Shown here in pieces: positions 11,601 through 17,545 of a stretch of 64,000 nucleotides of DNA. The number at the start of each line of letters is the position of its first letter. The first letter of the stretch is position 1. The position numbers and the translations under genes are program-made. The DNA comes from an uncultured Desulfobacteraceae bacterium (GTDB taxonomy: Bacteria; Desulfobacterota; Desulfobacteria; Desulfobacterales; UBA5852). Where the stretch lies: assembly GCA_913060875.1 (NCBI GenBank), contig CAJXSL010000001.1:576464-640463 (forward strand), given 5' to 3'. The notes beneath the pieces were generated by a model that was given only the letters and a program-made list of their open reading frames with translations, ran no database searches and was not told the origin of the DNA.

Positions 11601-14030
11601 CCGATACCGGTGCCGAATACGATCAGTGTGATCGATGACCTTTACCATGCTTCGATCAACGGGCGCGGCGCATTCTACAGCGCCGACAACGCTCAGGCGC
11701 TTGTCAACTCGCTGCTGGCGGTGATGCAGAATATCCAGAACACGGCCGCCACCGGTTCGGCTGTGGCCATCAACGCCCAGGAACTTCAAGGCGACACGGC
11801 CCTCTACCAGGCGACCTACATTCCCCGCAACTGGACCGGCGACGTGGTGGCCAAACCCTTGGATCCGGTAACCGGCGGTGTGGTGCAGATCCTGGATGCC
11901 AACAACAACTACGTGGACCAGGTGGACTGGTCGGCAGCCGACCAGTTGGATGCCATGGCCTGGACCGCGCGGAAAGTGATAACGTTTAACGACAATTCCG
12001 AAGCCGGGGTGATCTTTGACTACACCGCCCTTAGTCCTGCTCAGCAGGGCCTGTTGGATTTGGATGCCACCACGGCCGCCCGGATGGTTAACTTCCTGCG
12101 CGGGGATACCACCAACGAGATTGCAAACGGCGGTGCTTTTCGCGATAGGGAAAGCCGTCTGAGCGATATCGTGCATGCCTCCCCGGTGCCTTATCGGTGG
12201 GATGAAAGCCTGCCGGGCGTGGTTTTTGTGGGTGCCAATGACGGCATGCTGCACGTGCTCGACGAAACGACCGGAAATGAACGGTTTGCCTACGTGCCGA
12301 ACCTGGTGTACGCCAACCTCAAAGAACTCACCATCGATCCCTATGTCCACAAATACTTCGTGGACAGCGAGCCCTATATTGCGAAGCTGGGATCTTTGGG
12401 ATCGACAATTCTGGTGGGCGGTTTAGGACGAGGCGGACGCGGCTATTACTGCCTTGACATAAGTGACGTCAGCAACGCCGCCTTGGATGCCGAGGCCAGT
12501 GTCGCCTCCATCGTGAAATGGGAATACCCGGTCAACTCCAACCCGGAAGACAAAACCGTGGATCCGGATATGGGTTACAGCTTCAGCCAGGCCTACGTCG
12601 TGAATTCGGCCGCCGGCTGGGTGGTGATCTTCGGCAATGGCTATGACAGCCAGAACGGGGAGGCTGTCCTCTATGTGCTGCGGCTCAACAGCGACGGCAG
12701 CCTGGCATCACCAACCCCCACGAAGATTCGCACCTATGTGGGTGACAGCGGTCCCAACTGCAACGGGCTGTCCACCCCGGCCCTGATCGATGTGAACCTG
12801 GACGGCCTGGTGGACTTCGCCTTTGCCGGCGATCTGCTGGGCAATATGTGGAAGTTCGACTTGCGCAACAACGATACCAGTAATTGGAGCGTGGCCTACG
12901 CCGATGGTTCAAGCATGCCCCAGCCCCTTTTCCAGGCTAAGAATGCTTCGGGATTCCGGCAGCCGATTACCACCAGGCCGGACGTCATGCGTCCGTGCGT
13001 GGCGGGCCTCGACGGATACATCGTGCTATTCGGCACCGGTCGGTATTTGGGCATTGACGACTTCGCCGATTCCGGCTCCATTCAAACCCTTTACGGTATT
13101 TGGGATTGGGCCGAGGAATGGGAGCTTATGGGCCGAACCCCGACGGACAAATACCTGGGGGCTTTCGACACCAATCGACAGCTTAGCAACCTGGTGAACA
13201 ATACCAGCATCCCGGAAACCGACCAGACCATTTACACCGTTGATCTGAGCGGTATGGCGAACGGCGATACGGTCACCATCGATGGTCGAACCTTCACGGC
13301 GGCATCTCTGACCGATGTCGCTAACCGGGCGTTTCTCGGAACCAACGGACTAGCAACCTGTATCGCAGACACGACTTATGGCGTACCAGGAGTCAGTGTG
13401 GAAATTTCACCGACCCAGGCAATCCTGCGGACCGATCCGCCGGGCGGTACGATTGCGCTAACCAGCAGTGGGGGTATTACCACCGACTCGGTGGATCTGA
13501 AAGTGTCGCTCCTGAACCAGGGTGTGGTCTATCAGTCGACGGATTTCCTCGTACTGAGCGACAATCCTCTCGACATGTTCGACCCGCGAACCGGTGACGG
13601 GCAGCATGTCGGATGGTACTTTGATCTGCCCGGCACCAGCGAGCGACTGGTCAATGATGTCATCCTGCGCGGCGGCATACTATACGCCGTGGTGACAATT
13701 CCCTCCGAATCTCCCTGCGAGGCGGGCGGCAACTCCATTATCTACGCCCTCAACGCCTGCCACGGGGGGCGCGCGGACGGCGCCGTCTTCGATATCAATG
13801 CTGATGAAATGGTCAATAATGCCGATTTTATCAATATCGGCACGGCAGCCAATCCCATCTGGGTGGCGCCTACCGGCCTGCGACGCTCAGGGTTGCTCTA
13901 TTCGCCGGCCATCCTGACCATTCCAGGCTCTGGTACGGATGTATTGCACTTCAGCACCTCAGGTGGTAAATTGGAATCCGAGATTGCCGTAACGGAAAAA
14001 CTCGGCTTCCTGTATTGGCGGACATGGTAG
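5655..14030 (+). CDS. pilY1: Giant PilY1/PilC-type pilus tip protein: signal peptide, at least 7 Calx-beta domains, MopE-like metal-binding motifs, VWA domain, C-terminal PilY1 beta-propeller
   Basis: AGGAGG at 5641-5646 precedes ATG 5655. Signal peptide KKNLKVIVWLFLTLLFLVPSVAMA. Repeated Calx-beta signature units ending ..TITDND. Two DCNDND..PGA..I.GDGIDQDC motifs. MIDAS residues FLIDDSGSM ... MTDGYWN. PilY1 propeller motifs VFVGANDGMLHVLD, GGLGRGGRGYYCLDIS, GDLLGNMWKFDL, and an acidic loop DVNLDGLVD. Confidence 0.8.
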   Translation: MMTSNIKKNLKVIVWLFLTLLFLVPSVAMAAVNFDTTSVSGDEDAAGNIIFIITCLSTDTTVDSIMVTYNITNGSAGAGDYADTTGGSVVIPTGSTSAQIVIDPTPDNIVELNETFNLTLTGAAGAPSGTSYLGTTVNATGTITDNDTATVSIDDVAVTEGGTASFTVTLSSAAGVDVTVDAASADGTATLAGGDFGAASSPVTITAGSLTGTVTVPVTDDGIVEPEETFVVNLTNPSGAGLDAGDITLADGTGEATITDNDTATVSIDDVAVTEGGTASFTVTLSSAAGVDVTVDAASADGTATLAGGDFGAASSPVTITAGSLTGTVTVPVTDDGIVEPEETFVVNLTNPSGAGLDAGDITLADGTGEATITDNDSASISFVSTSISAAEGSGSATFDVRLDTAVQGGLELAYSTSDGTAVAPGDYTATSSPALVFAGTVGEVQQITVPIVNDGVWDPDGETFTVNLGALSAMTEADPADITVGGPATCTIDNIDAVTFTLTPPAAAVDEEAGTPATFTVTRTGAAIEGGQSISIDYATQDGTALDGEDYTSTSGQVTFSGTETEEQFTVAVINDNYVEPDQIFQAFLTDPVINEVTVNAAPVDCTIDSGDQATASITAFPASVSEGSTTTDYTVTLSNPVEGAGNVTFNWTATNDGSADIAQDLDTSSGSCVTSGSPATSATFTVTTTDDNYVEGAEDFYVQLSGVTTTLTAAADSAAAGTEDIIWATGIVGPTIIDENDLTDINITPLAFSVAEMGDDYLIANPAASMDIDITVTFADSLTAVLGGGVVEVYYETVQLTGADAATSGADYTPVSGGVITFNGSDYSVGDTPSKTVTIQVLNDKEIENNETFQVHFSPGAGVANLSATDFTLTIYDNDVEIRPVQVRNNGTITIGTSAPWSPYVADLAENVDIVLNWAHGLDSFTGANAPAIATIGASSNTGATGIVGSGGEDVTGSYTHTWTVTGAPGDVIDVDAEFRHAIAFNIDTNGTADITPGGTDVTGTGTLIVNEADTPAFHFEGIYDSINDLQYCVSNLYVDGASQGALTDYTFSSVIDDHTLSVVFRENRVTVNIDPAEVTSALLPVDERAQWQIQTVAGTAVTSWTDSGVSVPTECTFSDFYIVFKEIPGWIHPDPIPLTIDASTTGELIYSGTYLPKTYILTLTPPDPLEGSISLSPEGESTGTANEHSYQSGTSVEISAIPATGYVFSTWTGSVTDSTSTITVTMNSDKAITGVFTTPSADNDGDGFDNSVDCNDNDAGIFPGALEICGDGIDQDCSGADAPCTGDDNDNDGDGYTPNQGDCNDNDDTVYPGAYDIPGDGIDQDCYGGDRAIQTSEITCVVPAETPLETQVKAAPPLVTFLIDDSGSMDWEFMTASENGQFRDSGSARSYLYPRYFDGKYNDNISSYSSYYLTESERRLWRSQWTGYNKLYFNPSTEYTPWPRWNTLPNTDGSPAVNADPDDPRMNPVNSSPTLDMNTTFFMVSELSSAPDQWIEVSTSDGDNGRRVAVDSIRLIKQDSPDAGSIYTVDNADTNGLWGFYDDVGTYWSTRSDSDAQGGTCRTHYYDGRTAYWYLKIPQGRYDVQVWVPSMWYLSRYVDYHAESTAALGAGEIRDVNNFNQATNYNVWRTILTDVNFDDSQSLTFTIPVAHYFTIDDANGNGQHDTGENIYLVSMPHNHGTGGSFVYYQFNDDGDNLVEDGELVDISSAPPAGIIPVDSDGLPLSYNEVRQNFANWYSFYRRRELSAKAAIGQVIDQIEEVKVGMAVLNNRSYYNHTVLPVKVSGETDQTETLLNWVYAINSSGGTPLRRGLQDVGQYYDQHDGGNDGYMPGTAPSPWSSEAAGGGCQRAFVIAMTDGYWNQSDYTVESPLRYLNADADGVNRDGQVSGYDQGVFLGPNNGSSPNLGDIAMYYYENDLNLGLSNMVPTYKKDNAPHQHMVTYGVAFGVTGNYNPDDYPDCLPECEPGDIGCPDPVCPSWPIPVPNTISVIDDLYHASINGRGAFYSADNAQALVNSLLAVMQNIQNTAATGSAVAINAQELQGDTALYQATYIPRNWTGDVVAKPLDPVTGGVVQILDANNNYVDQVDWSAADQLDAMAWTARKVITFNDNSEAGVIFDYTALSPAQQGLLDLDATTAARMVNFLRGDTTNEIANGGAFRDRESRLSDIVHASPVPYRWDESLPGVVFVGANDGMLHVLDETTGNERFAYVPNLVYANLKELTIDPYVHKYFVDSEPYIAKLGSLGSTILVGGLGRGGRGYYCLDISDVSNAALDAEASVASIVKWEYPVNSNPEDKTVDPDMGYSFSQAYVVNSAAGWVVIFGNGYDSQNGEAVLYVLRLNSDGSLASPTPTKIRTYVGDSGPNCNGLSTPALIDVNLDGLVDFAFAGDLLGNMWKFDLRNNDTSNWSVAYADGSSMPQPLFQAKNASGFRQPITTRPDVMRPCVAGLDGYIVLFGTGRYLGIDDFADSGSIQTLYGIWDWAEEWELMGRTPTDKYLGAFDTNRQLSNLVNNTSIPETDQTIYTVDLSGMANGDTVTIDGRTFTAASLTDVANRAFLGTNGLATCIADTTYGVPGVSVEISPTQAILRTDPPGGTIALTSSGGITTDSVDLKVSLLNQGVVYQSTDFLVLSDNPLDMFDPRTGDGQHVGWYFDLPGTSERLVNDVILRGGILYAVVTIPSESPCEAGGNSIIYALNACHGGRADGAVFDINADEMVNNADFINIGTAANPIWVAPTGLRRSGLLYSPAILTIPGSGTDVLHFSTSGGKLESEIAVTEKLGFLYWRTW
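6081..6770 (+). repeat. Two tandem 345-bp copies (115 codons, one Calx-beta unit each) inside the pilY1-like gene
   Basis: Aligned by eye, 6081-6425 versus 6426-6770 differ at 2 of 345 positions (6354 C / 6699 T and 6399 T / 6744 C). Both are synonymous Leu CTG/TTG swaps, so the encoded 115 aa are identical. Confidence 0.95.
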
Positions 14031-14057
14031 CCCTTGGTCGTCAGACGAGGAGGAAAG

Positions 14058-14342
14058 ATGAAGCATAGATTACTCATAGTTGGCATAATAGCCTTGGTAC
14101 TGTCCCTGCCAGCCGCCGCCTTGGCTCAAGGAAATACGGCTGCGGTTCAGATCGAGGCCATCCCGGGAGACGGCACCATCGTAATCGGGGATATGACCTT
14201 TAAACTTGCTGCCGAGGCACTTTTTCTTGGGAAGGACGAACGGACAGAGATTTCCCTCTCGGGTTTCAAAGAAGGCGATTGGGTGGAGTTCAGTGTGAAT
14301 TCCGACGGCGAAATCGAAGAAATGTGGTTTAGCTCGGAGTAA
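14058..14342 (+). CDS. Small secreted protein of unknown function (94 aa)
   Basis: GGAGGAAAG RBS before ATG 14058. Signal peptide MKHRLLIVGIIALVLSLPAAALA|QG. Starts 28 nt after the pilY1-like stop. Confidence 0.5.
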   Translation: MKHRLLIVGIIALVLSLPAAALAQGNTAAVQIEAIPGDGTIVIGDMTFKLAAEALFLGKDERTEISLSGFKEGDWVEFSVNSDGEIEEMWFSSE

Positions 14343-14347
14343 TAAGA

Positions 14348-14878
14348 ATGCGCTTATTCATACTGGCTGGTTTGCTGTTGATGGTTCTAAGTACCTATCC
14401 TGTGGCGGCCGATATTTATAAATATCGCGATGACCAGGGCGTGATTCGTTACACTTACGATCTGGCGGAGGTGCCTGAAGATCAGCGGCCTCAGGTGCAG
14501 ACATACGAAGAAGCCAAGCCCGAGACGGGGTCTGCTGTACAGACGGAGGAAATCGCTGACGGCGATAAAGGGAACAACGCCGATGACAAGGCTGCCGACA
14601 CACCTCTTGTCGATGAAGAGAAAATCGACGAATTGAACCAGAGGAAAAAGGATCTGGACCAAGAATTGGCCGATTTGATGGAAGAGAAATACAGCCTGAT
14701 CAAAGAAAAGGAAAAGCTCGCGGAAACCTTGGCCGGCCGTGACGAGAAGGCGGTTGCTGCATACGATGAAAAGGTCAAGGAATTGAATGATAAGATCGCC
14801 GAATACAAAAAAAGACGCGATGCATTTCAAAAAGAAGCGGATGCTGTCAAGAAGGCGGCTGAGAACCCTGATTCTTAA
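14348..14878 (+). CDS. DUF4124-like secreted protein with an acidic linker and a C-terminal coiled coil
   Basis: Signal peptide, then DIYKYRDDQGVIRYTYD (DUF4124-type beta-hairpin motif). K/E-rich heptad-like C-terminus. Lies 5 nt after the previous stop. Confidence 0.6.
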   Translation: MRLFILAGLLLMVLSTYPVAADIYKYRDDQGVIRYTYDLAEVPEDQRPQVQTYEEAKPETGSAVQTEEIADGDKGNNADDKAADTPLVDEEKIDELNQRKKDLDQELADLMEEKYSLIKEKEKLAETLAGRDEKAVAAYDEKVKELNDKIAEYKKRRDAFQKEADAVKKAAENPDS

Positions 14879-15145
14879 ACATAATGTATGGGGACAGGGG
14901 GCCCGTGATGGCAGCGTGGACTTGGTGTTGTCGGACCAACAACCCCGAGCTCTCTAAAGCATAATTTTTCAATATTGGAGCCAAAGTGCACCGGCGGTGG
15001 ATTCAATTTGCGGATCACCGTCGTCGTGTTCGTATGTCTGGATTTTGCGGTCAGAAGAGGCCCGACATGCCTGGGTTCGCGGGGTCATTGAAGTGCCAGT
15101 AAAGGTACGGCATTTAACATCCATCCCCAAGGGGTTGAGAAAACA

Positions 15146-17377
15146 ATGAATGACACGGAACTGCCCATCCTTGAGAGTTTGTACGACAGCCAAGGGCGCA
15201 ACGATGCCCTGATTACCCTGCTGGTGGAGCTTTGCCATTTGCTCAGTGCCTGTCTTCGAAGGGATCATGCTTATTCGGATCGCGAGAGCGAAGCTGATTC
15301 CTTTGAAGAAACCATCGATGTGCCTTTGCAGATTGATCCCTACGCACAATTGGCAAAAACCCTGGATAAATTGAACAAGCGATCCGGCCATGACGGTACA
15401 TTGCTGATTCGCGCCTGTGGGCTTTCATCCAAGGGCAACGATAAAATTTTCCCGGATTATCAGGTTTTTTTCAGCGATATTGTCATGGACCGAGAAACCG
15501 TTGCTATGATGATTCGCCGTGTTGGCGAACATATGTCCTACCTCAATGCCCTTATTTCCAAAGCCTTCACCACGTTTGATCACCATAAAGTGATGACGTT
15601 CCATCTGAAGCTGCCAGGGAAGGCGCCGGAGCTGTTTGACCGATTGCGTATTTCGATTGCCATAATCGCCAAATATCGCCGTGCCCTGGATAAAGCCGAG
15701 GATATTGAAATTCAAGACAATGGCGACACCATAAAATTAGCGGTGATGAAGGACGAAAAGGGACTTCCCGATCCCAACTTGACTATGCTTGCGGGTCTCA
15801 ATGGCATACGCTCCGATGCCATGAAGGTTTTGGTCAAGGAAGTCTGCAACTGGATAAAGGCCTCCGACACATCCATTGGGGCTCACCGCTACGCCGGTGT
15901 CTATGATGCTGTCGCCGGGGTTAAAAATCTACGCCGGAAACTTATTCTGCCCCCCATTGAGCTGAATAATATTCGCTGGCTTCTTATGAATCGCAGTATC
16001 GGAAAACTGCCCAAAGCCAAAGCCCAAATAGCCCGGCTCGTCGATGAAGAATTCGAAAACACGTCAGCCGATCAAGCCCTTTATCTGGAAAGCCTTTACG
16101 GACGTGATTACAGCCGTGTTAATTCCCGTGAGCTTGGATTCAGGCTCAAACGAATTTCCGAGATGATCGAATCGATTGGTGATCGTCCTAAAAAGAGCAT
16201 GATTCTCGATGAGATACTGGCCAATATTCAGTGGCGTATGGAGAAAGTCTCCGACGAGGTTGTTAGCCGGCTCAAGGTCGATAACGGACTCCTGACCGTT
16301 CAAGATGGCTCAGAGGTTTTTGAAATTGGCCGCCTGCATGTAATGGCTGCCCGTGTTGTCGAATTTTACACAGGACGCCTCAACACGCGTGAAAAAATGC
16401 GCCAAATCGGTAAAGGGGGAAATGATTTCAGCCCCCGTGACCTGGATATTATCAGCCGTGACTTCGACATTTCTCCGATGGATGTTAAGGAGATATTGAA
16501 ATTGTTGAAGCGGTGTTTTGACTCAGAGGGGCGTTTCAACAAGATTGATTTTGAAGAATGTGTTGCTGCGTTTTCACGCTATGAAGCGAAGGTTTTTGAA
16601 ATTCTGTGGCATTTTTTAAAACAGCCCATGCAGAGAGAAGATCGCCTGGCTTTTCTGAATGCATTGCAGTTATTGTTTATAAAAATGGAAACGCCAGAAA
16701 AGGCGCTGCAAGTCCTGCTGGGAGATTTTCTGGAAGAGCCGGATGCTGTCCGTTTCTCGGATCGTAATGCGGTCTTGCTCGCCAATCTTCTGCTCCGACG
16801 CTACAATAAAGAATTGGACATTGATATTGAAATTACACCAGAAGAAGTTTTTCTTGTAAAAGAAGGGTTAAACCGTGAGGCGGCCACGGCCGGTTTGATG
16901 CTGGTTGACAGAGATCGTGAGGCATTTTTTGAAAAGATTAGAACGATACACCGAAAAATTGTCATGTCTCTGGATCCCGGTTATGATAACGCCGACAAGA
17001 TGGGGTTGAAATACCTCCTCTCTTTGGAACGGGAAATCCATGTTTTTATCGCTCTGCTGGGAGGTGATGTGGCCCGTTCAGTTTTGCGGAGCGCCATAAA
17101 TGAATACGGCAATCCGGATGCCGAAATCTACAGGCTGGCCGAAGACAGAGGAACGGTTGAGGCTTTCTTGCAGCATCTTAAAGTACTGGTGCGGGGATTG
17201 GGCCGCTCAGGGGAACGCATGGATGAGCGGACACTTCACCAGATAATGGATCACAACGAAGATTTCCTTTCTTTCAGTAAGGATAACCGACATGAGGCTC
17301 TTGTGAAAAGGGTAATGCAGTGGGCCGATCGTTCTAAGGAGGAAATTCGAAGCCGCAGTTTGACGGAAATGGTGTGA
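15146..17377 (+). CDS. Hypothetical 743-aa cytoplasmic protein, no recognisable family
   Basis: Long uninterrupted ORF with a purine-rich stretch (AAGGGGTTGAGAAAACA) before the ATG. No signal peptide or TM segment, helix-favouring composition, and no catalytic or nucleotide-binding motif that I recognise. Confidence 0.7.
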   Translation: MNDTELPILESLYDSQGRNDALITLLVELCHLLSACLRRDHAYSDRESEADSFEETIDVPLQIDPYAQLAKTLDKLNKRSGHDGTLLIRACGLSSKGNDKIFPDYQVFFSDIVMDRETVAMMIRRVGEHMSYLNALISKAFTTFDHHKVMTFHLKLPGKAPELFDRLRISIAIIAKYRRALDKAEDIEIQDNGDTIKLAVMKDEKGLPDPNLTMLAGLNGIRSDAMKVLVKEVCNWIKASDTSIGAHRYAGVYDAVAGVKNLRRKLILPPIELNNIRWLLMNRSIGKLPKAKAQIARLVDEEFENTSADQALYLESLYGRDYSRVNSRELGFRLKRISEMIESIGDRPKKSMILDEILANIQWRMEKVSDEVVSRLKVDNGLLTVQDGSEVFEIGRLHVMAARVVEFYTGRLNTREKMRQIGKGGNDFSPRDLDIISRDFDISPMDVKEILKLLKRCFDSEGRFNKIDFEECVAAFSRYEAKVFEILWHFLKQPMQREDRLAFLNALQLLFIKMETPEKALQVLLGDFLEEPDAVRFSDRNAVLLANLLLRRYNKELDIDIEITPEEVFLVKEGLNREAATAGLMLVDRDREAFFEKIRTIHRKIVMSLDPGYDNADKMGLKYLLSLEREIHVFIALLGGDVARSVLRSAINEYGNPDAEIYRLAEDRGTVEAFLQHLKVLVRGLGRSGERMDERTLHQIMDHNEDFLSFSKDNRHEALVKRVMQWADRSKEEIRSRSLTEMV

Positions 17378-17545
17378 TCGGTTTGGCAATTACATTTTCG
17401 ATGTGACACTTTTCTGAATGACGTATCTACTATCTCCCCCTCCGCAAGCTCAAACGGTGTACTTCTCTATAGTTGATGCAACGCCATCCCTATCCATGTC
17501 GAAGGATAGGCTGATCCCGACAATTTTTCGGAGAATCCAATATTA

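Noticed and set aside
11349-12350. 333-aa - strand ORF
   Set aside because: It lies antisense within the VWA/PilY1 region of the giant ORF and has no independent support.
14998-15012. Sigma-54-like TGGATTCAATTTGCG upstream of the 743-aa ORF
   Set aside because: GG and GC are separated by 9 nt rather than the required 10, and the -12 box is poor.
17381-17400. TTGGCAATTACATTTTCG upstream of the ATPase gene as a sigma-54 promoter
   Set aside because: It has a TGGCA -24 box but no GC dinucleotide at the -12 position.
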